NCBI GenBank assembly: GCA_951406725.2
Contig: OX597821.1
Location: forward strand, 96,844,001 to 96,908,000
Direction: 5' to 3'
Length of the DNA: 64,000 nt
Source of the DNA: Octopus vulgaris
Taxonomy: Eukaryota
Below, piece by piece: positions 14,098-29,079 of this stretch. The stretch's first letter is position 1. Every line of letters starts with the position of its first letter. Position numbers and translations under genes: made by a program. Under the pieces are notes generated by a model. It was not told the origin of the DNA and ran no database searches. It was given only the letters and a program-made list of their open reading frames with translations.

Positions 14098-15645
14098 TTA
14101 TCCAATAGCACAAACGGTCTCAAGGACTGTTTGCAAACGGCTTCCGTCAGCATATTTCGAATCACGAAGCACAGGTCGACTCGAAACTATGGTAGAAGAC
14201 GCTTGAGTAAGATGCCACACAGAATGATTGAATTTTAAATTTCGCTGTTTCAAAGCGAGCTTTTAACTACGCCACAATAAACTACACGATACTATTTTTT
14301 TTAAAAAGTATTCAGCCTGACACTACATGTAATATGAATTGGCTTCTAATCAACTCAACATCATTTACGTACAAATGAAACGTTTGTAATTCATGATTGC
14401 TAAAGAGAAATGAAACCTATTTCTTTACTACCCACAAGGGGCTAAACACAGAGGGGACACACAAGGACAGACAAACGGATTAAGTCGATTACATCGACCC
14501 CAGTGCGTAACTGGTACTTATTTAATCGACCCCGAAAGGATGAAAGGCAAAGTCGACCTCGGCGGAATTTGAACTCAGAACGTAGCGGCAGACGAAATGT
14601 TGCTAAACATTTCGCCCGGCGTGCTAATGTTTCTATCAGCTCGCCGGCTAAGAGAAATGAAACCTGATCCACACTACCCCGATCACTAACGAATAGAGGC
14701 TAAATAAGATTGGTAGAGCAGTAGCCGTTTTCCCTGTTTTCACAGAATTATATGAAATATTTTATGAAACTCTAATGCCAGAAGATTAACCATAGGGAGA
14801 TCTTGTATAAATTATTTCTACCTCTACCCTTTATAGTACAATCAACAGCCACCAATTAGGTGCCAAGCCTATGTGTAGGTGATCGACTTGTCAATACTCC
14901 AGTTCTCTCTGCGTTGCACTGCATACTACAGACCGCCACGCTCTTATTTCCAGTTCATTCTTTGATGCTAGTCTACAAACGTCTTTGACGGCCACTTGCT
15001 CTTTACCCTTTCACACTTCCTGTCAGGTGGTCATGGCACGATAGCTTTGTGGTATTGATTCTCCCAATAGGTTTTTTTTTAACTTACAGCTCCTTTAGTG
15101 CTGCAACTTTTATTACCGTCTTTCCAGCTTATTCTGCCCGACCTGTGAAAGATCCCTGTCCCAAAGGTCGCTATCTTATTTTCGTTTACTGTGTACATTG
15201 TACACAGTAAACGAGAAGATAGCAACCTTGTCCAATTTTCTGCCACATAGAGGAAAAGCGTAAAGTATAAATTTTTCTGAGTGTACAGTTCTCTTAATTG
15301 TCATTGACGGTCGTCTTTGGTAACGAATGGAGAGCCATCGTCATCACCGTCGTCGTCATCTATGTACATTTGTATGTGAGTATTTATTAGGTATGTGTGC
15401 GTGTATATATATATAATCCTAGTTTTACCGTCGTGAAATTAGGATTTCCTACTTTTGAAGAATTTCGGTATTTGTCTAAATTCCAAAACTTGGGTTGAGC
15501 GTTTGTCTGGAATTACCCTACCTTTATACTCTACCAGGACCTAATATATGTGTGTGTGTGTGAGTGTATTTTATGTATATATGTATGTGTGTGCATATAT
15601 ATGTATGTGTGCGTATATATATGTATGTATGTATATATATATAAG

Positions 15646-15678
<33 letters not shown>

Positions 15679-15754
15679 TATACATACATATATGTATATA
15701 TGTATGTGTATATATATATATGTGTGTATGTATATATTTATGTATATATGTATG

Positions 15755-15805
<51 letters not shown>

Positions 15806-16413
15806 TTCTGTATGTATGAACTTGTATATACATATATATGTTTATTTTGTGTGAGTGTGTATGTGTGTGTGTGTGTGCGTGTGTTTAGAGGCCAAGCGAT
15901 TGATGGATGGATGGATGGATGGATGGATGGATGGGTGGATGGTTACATAGACGTATTGACATAATGGTCTTTAACATCAATATTATAACGACCTTATTGA
16001 TCTTCGATCGATGATGATTATAAATGAAGACATGTCTTAACAAAAGCTGAAGTCATTTTGGAATATTTCTATGGTAAAAAGAACAGCCTATAAAGAATGA
16101 TGCTGCGTGTTTTATTCCTTCTTGTAGTCTTGGTCCAAGGCTATATTGGTAAGGGTAGAATTTGGAATCACCTTTGTCGTCGTTGTCGTCGTCGTCGTCG
16201 TTGTAAAAAATGCTTCCCTTTTTTTCTGTGTACATTAATTTACTTTTTTCTATCTTGACTTTATGTTTCGTTGATTATCTTATATGTAGTTGCTACTTTC
16301 ATGTATTTTATAGTACTAAATTATTGCTTGATTCGCCGAATTACTGAGACAGCGCGCATGTCGATAATCTGTAAATTATAGATCACAGTGAGAACACATA
16401 TCTGTCAACATGC

Positions 16414-16523
<110 letters not shown>

Positions 16524-16536
16524 GTCTAACTATCTG

Positions 16537-16599
<63 letters not shown>

Positions 16600-16697
16600 G
16601 TCTATCTATCTATATATCTATCTATCTATCTATCTATCCATTTGTCAACTGTCTATCTATCTATTTGACTGTCTGTATTTTTGTCTGTTTGTCTGCC

Positions 16698-16743
<46 letters not shown>

Positions 16744-16784
16744 CTCTCTCTCTCTCTCTATTATTGAGGTCCGCATCTGTTATT

Positions 16785-17090
16785 AATGGCTAAGGCTTAA
16801 GGTCCTGGTTGTCTGCCGTTGAACAACATTGTCTGTGATTGAACGATCCGATGCACGAATAGCAGTCTCGGTCACACAAGCCACACTTGTAAGTTGTTTC
16901 CAGTGCTCTTTGAGTAGTAATGTTCTTCATCTTTCCAGTATAGGGTGTTTGATAGTATGTTATGGAGGACAGGCTGTTGCCCATGCAGCGTGTACCCACT
17001 TATGTCTCCAGGCACTGATGACTCCAGAGCACTGATGACGCCAAAGCACTGATGACTCCAAGCACTGATGACTCCAAAGCAACAGCATGC
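16785..17090 (-). mobile_element. RTE LINE 3' fragment plus ~20-bp tandem repeat
   Basis: YKCGLCDRDCYSCIGSFNHRQCC C-terminal Zn-finger; (gcactgatgactcc) x4 at 17012-17080. Confidence 0.6.
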
Positions 17091-18059
17091 CCCTAACAGT
17101 TTGACACCAGCATCGTCGCAGAACGAGGTGGTAGACAACGTCGAACTTTCCCAAGAGGTCCGACTCGCGATTTTTAATAGGGTTTACTCTCGAAGCCTTT
17201 CTCGTGGTTGAGTACGGCCGCAAGGCAGCGGAGGTTTGGAATCAGGGTTCCCTTTCCTCAAGACAGATTTCCCTCACTTCCTGGATTACAAGCTCTGTTT
17301 TCCCGACTAACTTACATAACTAGGATCCTGCCAGGTACCACAAGTCCGGATCTGAGTTCAAATGGCAGCTAAGATGTGGTTCGACACACCTCAAAACATT
17401 GGAGCTCCCGAAAAAAGGGCCCACTACTCGATGCAGCTTAAAGTCATACCCAGAACAAGATGTAGATCAACACATACATACATACATACATACATACATA
17501 CATACATACATACATACATAAATACATACATACATACATACATACATACATAAATACATGCATACATACATACATACATACTTACATACATACGTACATA
17601 CATCATACACACGCACGTACGCATATACAAACATACGTTTACTCACATACATACAAATATATATAAATATATAAATATATTGATACACACACATATATAG
17701 ACATGTGTGTGCGTGTGCGTGTATTCATACCTATCTTTTGTATCTACACATCGTTTTCCATTCATCTGTCTTTCTAAATTTCTCAGCCAAAGAAGAACCC
17801 TTTACGCAATAGAAAGACCTACAAGAAATAATAGATGAATTTTTCTCAAAGCACACTCTGCTGTCTTTTTGAAAAGGCGGGGGTCACATTAGATAATTTG
17901 TGTCTAGATAACACTAAAATAGACTGCCAGATCGTGTTTGGCTCTAGGTTTGCTCGATCATGGCTGAACTATGTGTGAAAGAGAACAATAACTGCACAAA
18001 CAGCTTTCAGATAAGGTGATTTAGGTCTGCTCGGTAAGAACTTATCTATGATTATATAA

Positions 18060-18706
18060 CAACTACAACTATATTTTGGATAAGATGACCTTGATCTGCT
18101 AGACCGGGGCTGATCACGGCAAGTCAAAAAAAGAAAAGTGCCTGTTTAAGAAAGATGTTTGTATAACTTATTTAAGGAAGAGAAATAGGGATCTGACTTC
18201 ATGCTTCTCTGTTGATGGACCACTTAGTTTCAGTAATAACACTGATGAGTTATTTCGCTATTTGTTCCAAGAGCATGTTTCAGCTGAATGGTGCTTATTC
18301 ATTGATTCATCTAAGACAGCAAGTCAAAAATAGGCTGGCAGACAGGAACCACTCCTTGCATAGGTAAAAATGACGGAAGCTTCTCTGACACGGTCATGTA
18401 TCCTTCCACAACTCTCTGTCCCAAACCATTCTTCATGACACAGATGAGGGAAGGTGAAAGAGAGGCAGATAAGACGGAGAAAATCCTGGCTTGATAACAT
18501 CAAGGACTGGACAGGTCAGAGCACAGTGAACCTGCTGAGCATGACACAGGTCAGAGCACAGTGAACCTGCTGAGCATGACACAGGTCAGAGACCAGTTGT
18601 GACGACTGATTATGAAAGCATCTAGAGTGACACCCCAACGGCTGGTTGCATCTGACAAGGGATCTTGACGATGATGACGATGATAATGATGATGATGATG
18701 ATGATG
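18060..18706 (+). mobile_element. RTE-clade LINE 3' end with (GAT)n tail
   Basis: HGHV...SLSQTILH...RRRKSWLDNIKDWTG; internal 35-bp tandem duplication at about 18511-18590. Confidence 0.7.
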
Positions 18707-18759
18707 TGCTTTATAGTGTAGGAAATTTTTCTCAATATTTTTGTTTCTTTTTTTTCCAG

Positions 18760-18963
18760 CTGCGGGCAACAACATTGCACAAGGAAAACCAGTACAACAA
18801 AGTAGCGTTGCCTATAAGCATGGTGCCCAGCTTGCTATAGATGGCAAGACGAACGGCATAGAACCATGCAGCCGAACGAATTACATGAAGGATCCGTGGT
18901 GGATTGTTGACTTGGGAGTCGCTCACAAAATTGATTTAGTTACTGTATATCTTGACGGAAGCT
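18760..18963 (+). CDS. FTL-PAN gene, internal exon: N-terminal half of F-type lectin (fucolectin/FTP) domain
   Basis: Acceptor ttttccag|, donor |gtaagt, phase 1-1. Encodes NNIAQGKPVQQSS...AQLAIDG...CSRT...DPWWIVDLG...IDLVTVY, the typical FTL N-half. First/signal-peptide exon not identified. Confidence 0.9.
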
Positions 18964-19001
18964 GTAAGTAAATCCTCCATCTTTTTCTATATCTACTTTA
19001 C

Positions 19002-19058
<57 letters not shown>

Positions 19059-19160
19059 CTCTCTCTCGTTTTCTCTCTTGTATTTTCTTTCTGTCATTCT
19101 TTCTGTATCTTTTTTCTCTGCCTTTTAATCTTCGTCTTTATCTCTCTCTTTTTCCTATCC

Positions 19161-19214
<54 letters not shown>

Positions 19215-19242
19215 ATATATATAGATATATATATAGATAGAT

Positions 19243-19319
<77 letters not shown>

Positions 19320-19544
19320 CAGATAGAAAGACAGAAAGACAGACAGACAGACAGACAACTTATGAATGTGTGTGCGTTTGTGTGTGTGCGTGTGAATATT
19401 CAGTTTTATTTGAAGATAATGGAGAATTTGAAGATAATGGAGAAAGAGCCGGTTTCTAACCTAGATCCGAGGCTCCTTCATTGCAATTACAACAAAATTA
19501 AAAGGGTATTTTTGCATGTATGTGTGTATATGCGCAGTATTTTG

Positions 19545-20260
19545 AGTCAGTGCATATTCAGATTTGTATGTTTTGTTTTATGTAAGTATTCTCATGCATA
19601 TAGTTGTATCTCTAGACATGCGCATAAAGTTTTAAAGTTCCAGTGATGGCTTGGTTCTGTAGTCTTCGAATTAGGTTCCTCCGTGGAGGCGCAATGGCCC
19701 AGTGGTTAGGGCAGCGGACTCGCGGTCATAGGATCGCGGTTTCGATTCTCAGACCGGGTGTTGTGAGTGTTTATTGAGCGAAAACACCTAAAAGCTCCAC
19801 GAGGCTCCGGCAGGGATGGTGGTGATCCCTGCTGTACTCTTTCACCACAACTTTCTCTCACTCTTACTTCCTGTTTCTGTTGTACCTGTATTTCAAAGGG
19901 CCGGCCTTGTCCCTCTCTGTGTCACGCTGAATATCCCCGAGAACTACGTTAAGGGTACACGTGTCTGTGGAGTGCTCAGCCACTTACACGTTAATTTCAC
20001 GAGCAGGCTGTTCCGTTGATTCGGATCAACCGGAACTCTCGTCGTCGTAACCGACGGAGTGCTTCCACAGGTCCCTCCTTTCTGGTTTTGAGAAACCTAA
20101 TTTCCCAAGTTTGATATTTAGGCAGTACATTACATTCCCAGTGCGCCAGTAATTGCAGGTATAAACCTGAACTTGTAACCTGGATAGAGTAACTGTAGAT
20201 CTCCCAACAGTTCAGCGTAGGTATTATATTTTGCTGATTTTTAGCTTTATGTTAACATCT
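19545..20260 (-). mobile_element. Second copy of the R4/Dong-like 3' fragment, interrupted by a SINE
   Basis: Collinear with 335-680 (e.g. ctcctttctggttttgaga, aggtataaacct, agttcagcgtaggtatt). Confidence 0.7.
19683..20068 (+). mobile_element. SINE family A, long form
   Basis: Near-identical to the copies at 28461, 32028 and 55921. Confidence 0.9.
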
Positions 20261-20299
20261 GCTGTTTGTTATTTTCTTCGTATCTCTGCCGTAAGGCTT

Positions 20300-20687
20300 C
20301 ATTTCCACACACGCCAGCTTAATTCAATTCGTCTCCAGGCGAAAGACACCTGTTGTTTTGTCCTGTTATTATTATTTTTATTGTATTTATGTTGTATTTA
20401 TATTTGTTTAACATTGTCTGTTTTTCCGTCCTTGTTTTTGTATACAATCGATGCTTTCTTCCAAGGAATCTAATGCTCTTAGCTTAGTTTTTCCTTGAAG
20501 CTGGCCAGATTGGAGCAATCTCAAGATTAATCAGCCGAAATTGTGAGGATGATCTGGTTCTTGACTGAGGATAGAAAGCTTCGATTGACCCGTCCTTGTA
20601 TTTTTTTGTATAGTCTACCTGAATGTTTTGTTGTCCCTTTTTATATCACCTAGTTGTCCGGATGTTTTTCGTTCTTGTCCCATTTTG

Positions 20688-20690
<3 letters not shown>
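20300..20690. repeat. Interspersed repeat, second copy at 41410-41843
   Basis: Shared acgccagct...ccaagaaatctaatgctc...ggagcaatctcaagattaatcagccgaaatt...ttcttgtcccattt then (TA)n. Confidence 0.8.
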
Positions 20691-20723
<33 letters not shown>

Positions 20724-20742
20724 CGACGTACGTACACTTTGT

Positions 20743-20805
<63 letters not shown>

Positions 20806-20823
20806 TTCAATATATATCTTCAG

Positions 20824-21048
20824 ATGAATTTTCAAAAGATTACAAAGTGTTCGCTTTCCGTGCCACATATTTAAACACCAACTCCGAGTGTTCAGGAGTA
20901 TCAGAAAAGGCGAGAGGGAGCATCCATTCTGTAAAATGTGCTGCAATCGCTCGTTATGTTATGATCCAGCGTGTATCAGATTTTTCAAGTTATCTCAACA
21001 TTTGTGAAGTTCAAGTTACTGGTATAGCAGTTGGAAATGCAAATCAAG
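20824..21048 (+). CDS. FTL-PAN gene exon: C-terminal half of F-type lectin domain
   Basis: tcttcag| acceptor, phase 1 in frame with the previous exon. Encodes ...ECSG...VKCAAIARYVMIQ...YLNICEVQV. Donor caag|gtacag (an alternative phase-1 donor lies after 21021). Confidence 0.85.
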
Positions 21049-21179
21049 GTACAGTTTTAAGCCAGATTTTAAAATTTACTCCCACAATTTGCCCTTGCAT
21101 GCAGACGTTTGACTTCTTGAGTAACAACACATCAACCACTTAAAATGCAAGCCACGAAAATAGCACCGAAATCCATGGC

Positions 21180-21578
21180 CTCAGCAGCATTAAAGCCCCA
21201 GAGAAAATAAGTGCACAGAGCCCTACAGTATTTACTGACGCCAAGCCACATACATACATAGATCATAATTGGGCCCCTAAGACTTATGGTTTGCCCCGCC
21301 TTCTTAATAGCATTATGGACCCCAGAAATCAGTGCATAAGGTCCTACAGTATTTATTCACAGCAAGCCACATACATTCTTAAGTCATAATTGGCCCCCTA
21401 AGACTTTTGGTGGTCCCACCATCTTAGTAGCATTATGTGCCCCAGTATTTATTGCATAAGACCCTACAGTATTTATTGACAGCAAGCCACATATATATGT
21501 AGATCATAACTGGGCCCATAAGACATGTGGTGGCCCCGAGCAACTGTCCCATGCATCAATACTTTAAGACGGCACTGC
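21180..21578. repeat. ~120-bp tandem repeat x3 ending in a hAT-MITE-like terminus
   Basis: Unit contains cctacagtattta...caagccacata...cataattgggcccctaagac; ends ttaagacggcactg. Confidence 0.7.
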
Positions 21579-22263
21579 CTAAATCACAAATCACAGCTTG
21601 AAATCATAGCCGACTGTCTTAAAATCGATAGCTAAATTGTATAATATGGACATACTATAACTATATAAAAGATGGAATGGCCATGACTGGACTATCTGCT
21701 TATATGTCTGATAACACAGCACACATAAAAAATAATCTCGTAAACATAGTAACACATTGATTTTTTAAATTTCCACAATACAATAAATAACGTTTATTTG
21801 AAACAAAAATTTTACGGAGCTAAAACATCGTCATCATTATACACGTCATTCACATACGGATAGTTCAGAAAATCTTTTCACATTCACAACACCTCAATTT
21901 CACATTCACAGTACCTCAATTTCGTAATTACACTTCATTAGCAAAATATTGTATGAAGAGAACATTTTCTCAAAGTATCTACAGATTAGAAATTTGCCAT
22001 TTTTCATTTAGAGTGATAGTTATATTCATACGTATGTAAGCTTAGGTGTGGTTGTCTGGTAAGAAGTTTGTTTCCCAACCACATGATTTTGGTTTCAGTA
22101 CCACTGCAAGGCAGCTTGGTGAGTGTCTTTGGATCTTTTCTAAAAGATGGACAGAATTTCCTCTTTGGATCTTTTCTAAAAGATGGACAGAATTTTCTAC
22201 TTAACTAAATAATTTGAAACTTCGTATACAGGTAGAATGTGTCAAAAGAAAACATTAATTTCA

Positions 22264-23198
22264 ATTAGTTTTTTTGAGAAAAATGTATTTTGTAATCTTT
22301 TACGTAGTTTAATTCTTCGAATTTTAACCAATCGTATTCTCTGTTTTGACCTCAATTCATTTCTGCCGTGTTATTCGTCCTTATCCATGTCTTCTGTCTT
22401 CTGTCTTCAAAAGCTTCTCGCATGTTTATTTCAATGTCATCCCTGACTTACGGAACGATTACCTGTGTGTGTGTGTTTTTGTTGTGTATGTGTGTGCGTG
22501 TGTGTGTTTGTTGTGTGCGTGTGTGTGTTATTGTTGTGTATGTGTGTTTTTGTTGTTTTTGTTGTGTGTGTGTGTGTTATTGTTGTGTATGTGTGTGTGT
22601 GTGTGTTTGATATGTGTGTGTGTGTGTTATTGTTGTGTATGTGTGTGTTTGTTGTGTATGTGTGTGTGTGTCTTTTTGTTGTGTATGTGTGTGTGTTTTT
22701 TTTTTGTTGTGTATGTGTGCGTGTGTTGTGTATCTCTTAAATCGATGAATTTCGTCGCCCAATAAAAATATTAACGATATTTTTTGAACTTTGATATCGT
22801 TAATATTTTTATTGGGCGACGAAATTCATCGATTTAAGAGATACACAACACACGCACACATACACAACAAACACACACACACACAACAAACACATACACA
22901 ACAATAACACACACACACACACACAACAAGCACACACACGCACACACATACACAACAATAACACAAACACACACACGCACACACATACACAACAAAAACA
23001 CACACACACAGGTAATCGTTCCGTAAGTCATGGATGACATTGAAATAAACATGCGCGAAGCTTTTGAAGACAGAAGACATGGATAAGGACGAATAACATG
23101 GCAGCAAATGAATTGAGGTCAAAACAGAGAATACGATTGGTTAAAATTCGAAGAATTAAACTACGTAAAAGTTACAAAATACATTTTTCTCAAAAAAA

Positions 23199-23203
<5 letters not shown>
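22264..23203. repeat. ~940-bp fold-back palindrome
   Basis: Arms 22264-22780 and 22794-23203 are reverse complements, 13-bp spacer, internal GT-rich array of different length in each arm. Confidence 0.9.
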
Positions 23204-23250
<47 letters not shown>

Positions 23251-23387
23251 CTCGTAACACTGAAGCAAAGTAACACCAAATATATAGTGCGTGTGATTTT
23301 ATTGGCCAAACTGACAAAATGACCATTCTTAAATTCTTAAATACAACAATATCTGTTTCATCACACGATTCACATAAAAAATCTTGC

Positions 23388-23449
<62 letters not shown>

Positions 23450-23509
23450 TAATCCAAACAAGAAAGCACATAAATATATAATGTATGTATGTGTATATAT
23501 GTATGTATG

Positions 23510-23633
<124 letters not shown>

Positions 23634-24757
23634 AATTATAAACCAGGGCAAAAGAAAAGTTCTAATGCCAAACATGCCGAAAATAGACAAATCGTCAATT
23701 TATCACTATTAGCACGCGTCTCGAAGTAAGCCGACAGAAATTTCTAAAAAATTCCGTTATTATCGTATCGGTCCTAATTTCAGAGTTAATTCATAAGAAT
23801 TGTCTCCTCGTCGGCGATAAAATGAAATACTTACTTATACCCATGGAAGAAGCAAACACTTTTGTCCTTGTTTATAAGTTGTTTATAAATTTAACATTTA
23901 TAAGTATTTTTTAATAAGGTGGCCATTGATAGAATTTTTTTCGAAACATTTTATCCTATATTAGATGTATATATATATATATATATAATAGAAACAGGTT
24001 TCAAAGAAAAAAAGACCGCACGTGGTATGAATAGGGGACAAGTAAAAAGAAACAAGGAAAATGCTCACTAGTTCAGTTGTGGTTGATATTTATTAATGTA
24101 AATTGCTTCTTTATTCAGCCTTTGCTGCACTGAGGTATTCTGGGAACATTGATAAAAAGGGAAAATTAGGAAGTTTAGTTTAAGGCTCCTGGTTTCCCAC
24201 AGTATAGACAGATACAGGTCAGTGAACACATAGATTTGCTAGGAACCTTAAACCAAACTTGCTAATTTTCCATTTTTATCAATGTTCCGAGAACACGTCA
24301 GTGCAGCAAAGACTGAATAAAGAGGCAACTTTCATTAATAAATATTGACCACAACTTAACATGAAAACACAACTTAATACAAGGCACTACTAACCTTACT
24401 AATACCAATAATCCCACTTATCCTCATACATCCCATATACCCTTCAAATTCTAGTAATCATGCCTAACTTAATTGCATCACGTTCAGAACTGCTAATCCC
24501 TCGCCCCTGCATGCAATCTTTTCACTCAGGTACTATTAGACCCATCACCGTTCGGAAATCAGTGTTGATTCAAAGTCAGTGACTAGCTATGGCGAAACCG
24601 GTATGACTTTCAATAATGACTCATAATACTGATTTTTTATACTTCTTAATTCCACCTCAAATCATTTATTTGTATGTATATATCATTGTTTCTTTTTTTT
24701 TAAGTCATTACTTTTATACCTAGTATGCATTTTCCTTGTATCTTTTTACTTTTCCCC

Positions 24758-24799
<42 letters not shown>

Positions 24800-24872
24800 G
24801 GGGAAAAGTAAAAAGATACAAGGAAAATGCATACTAGGTATAAAAGTAATGACTTAAAAAAATATATATATA

Positions 24873-25323
24873 GTTAAGTTTATTTGCCAACATAACGTGG
24901 CAGTCCTGCATAGGACTATATTACTACTTTTTAACCCCAGGAAAGCATCTTTTCTAGCTGGTTATCGATACATGATCTGTGTCCAAAACATACTGTAAGT
25001 AAGGTGGCTTACTTACACACTTACTTCTAGCCGTTAGCAGTACACACCCTTCTAGCCGTTAGCAGTACCAGCAGACCAATGGTTTCTGGGTAATTTCGCA
25101 TCTTCGGTGCTGGACAACAATTGTCTAGAGACACCAGCCACTCGACCTTACTCACAGTATATACTTATCGAAGTTACTGAAAGTCACTGATCTCGTAAGG
25201 AGAAAAACAACTAGTTTTAAATCTCTGAATGAGATTTTGGGTAAGATCGGCTGACCGCTGTGTCAGGTATCGGTTAACCGAATTATCCATAATAAGATAA
25301 TTCATTCAACTACTTAATTATTC

Positions 25324-25371
<48 letters not shown>

Positions 25372-25817
25372 ATAATTAAGTAGTTGAATGAATTATCTTA
25401 TTATGGATAATTCGGTTAACCGATACCTGACACAGCGGTCAGCCGATCTTACCCAAAATCTCATTCAGAGATTTAAAACTAGTTGTTTTTCTCCTTACGA
25501 GATCAGTGACTTTCAGTAACTTCGATAAGTATATACTGTGAGTAAGGTCGAGTGGCTGGTGTCTCTAGACAATTGTTGTCCAGCACCGAAGATGCGAAAT
25601 TACCCAGAAACCATTGGTCTGCTGGTACTGCTAACGGCTAGAAGGGTGTGTACTGCTAACGGCTAGAAGTAAGTGTGTAAGTAAGCCACCTTACTTACAG
25701 TATGTTTTGGACACAGATCATGTATCGATAACCAGCTAGAAAAGATGCTTTCCTGGGGTTAAAAAGTAGTAATATAGTCCTATGCAGGACTGCCACGTTA
25801 TGTTGGCAAATAAACTT

Positions 25818-25820
<3 letters not shown>
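24873..25820. repeat. Inverted repeat, 452-bp arms around (TA)n(GA)n
   Basis: 24873-25324 is the reverse complement of 25369-25820, with no mismatch noticed by eye. Confidence 0.92.
25580..25625 (+). ncRNA. Type I hammerhead motif, family A (U4C core)
   Basis: ccagca-CCGAAGA-tgcgaaattaccca-GAAA-ccattgg-TC-tgctgg: 6-bp stem I, GUC triplet. Further copies at 25068-25113 (-), 31292-31337 (-), 31504-31549 (+), 31808-31853 (+). Confidence 0.65.
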
Positions 25821-25902
<82 letters not shown>

Positions 25903-25990
25903 GGAGTAAACACATAAATGTGAAACAAGGTGGAAAAAATTTTAACTATATATATATATATATTTAAAAGCAACAGAAATTCAACAAAAG

Positions 25991-26028
25991 CTGTTACTCG
26001 GAGTTTCACGTTCCCGTTCGTCGGACAG
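25991..26028 (-). ncRNA. Minimal type I hammerhead motif, family B, second copy
   Basis: Minus strand ctgt-CCGACGA-acgggaacgt-GAAA-ctccgag-TA-acag. Confidence 0.7.
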
Positions 26029-26062
26029 TTAACCGATACCATTCTTTCATTTATTTGTATGA

Positions 26063-26188
<126 letters not shown>

Positions 26189-26360
26189 GTGCAAGGAAGT
26201 ACATTTATATATACTGACAGGATTGATAATTGCCCCACGAGAGAAGCAAAGCCAGATCACTGGGCTGCACAGTTTCATCCTAGTGAGAATTGTCAAGAGT
26301 GTGCCTCCATTGCCAATATGGAACTGTAAATAAGATGTCGAAATGATAAAGACAAAAACT

Positions 26361-26925
26361 TGGTTGAGAGATTTTCAATTAAGGAGGTATTTATTTTCTT
26401 CGTTTACAAGAAAAGATATCGTTACGACGAACGACCAAATTGTGGAGAGTTGAGGTGTTGTTTTTCTTCGTGTGACTGGTAGAGACAGACAGGGCAATCA
26501 GTTGACGATCAGTAGTCAAGTCAACAAGTCATCTCTTCAGCCAGGTCATTTTTTCAGTGTGCTCTCCCAGCAATATGTGTAGCAACTTTTAATGCTGTGT
26601 GTGCTCTGTCACACAGCTCTGGCGCTCTACCTTAGGTGCCTCAGATGTGATGCTTTTATAACTAAAAATCGGCTCAGAGATGTAGCTCCAAAAGTTAGAA
26701 TCTCTGCAAGAGTTCTGCTCTAGGCAGTGTTCCGATTTATCAGAATTTCCTTATTCTAGTCAACTGTGACATTGGATGTAATGACTAAATATCCCTGCTT
26801 GCTCAATAGTTAATTCTCTCTGTCAAATGTGCTTTTACGCAACTGTAAGTGGTTTTACTCTTGTTTCTAGCATCATATGTGCTTGTAGTACAAACAGTCA
26901 CAATTAATGCTTATACGGCACAACA
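26361..26925 (-). mobile_element. Possible solo LTR
   Basis: Minus strand TGTTG...CAACCA ends with internal TATAAAA and downstream AATAAA; no TSD found. Confidence 0.35.
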
Positions 26926-27115
26926 TTGCCTATACGGTTTATATTGCACTGAGCTGCTCTCATTAATTTTATACTCTACGATTTAGCATTTCGCTAAATA
27001 AACCATAAATATATATATAGTAAACATTCATACATACATACATACATACATACATACATACATACATACATACATACATACATACATACATACATACATA
27101 CATACATACATACAT

Positions 27116-28917
<1,802 letters not shown>

Positions 28918-29079
28918 GTAAGGTTAGTAGAGTTAGAGGTTGGAATAACCGTCTAAGGATAAAAGTATCCGTTATACTACCAGTATAATTATCTATGTTA
29001 ATCCTGACATACATATGCAAGTATATTATGCTCATAGATTACAGGTAATGACTAAGATAAGCTTGAGTTTATCAGGAAT

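Noticed and set aside
15328-15391. Candidate first exon of the FTL-PAN gene (MESHRHHRRRHLCTFVCEYLL, phase-1 donor ag|gtatgt)
   Set aside because: Phase fits but the peptide is not signal-like; the hydrophobic alternative frame has no ATG and the wrong phase.
17012-17080. CTGATGA-containing short repeats as hammerhead, C/D snoRNA or CRISPR
   Set aside because: Simple ~20-bp tandem repeat with no spacers, no GAAA/stem III and no cas genes in a eukaryotic context.
19683-19755. tRNA gene
   Set aside because: tRNA-like A/B boxes are SINE heads continuing into SINE bodies, several with TSDs.
19767-20019. Recurrent short ORFs (MFIERKHLK..., MVVIPAVLF..., MRNWY..., MTTDAGV...)
   Set aside because: Incidental frames in multi-copy SINEs.
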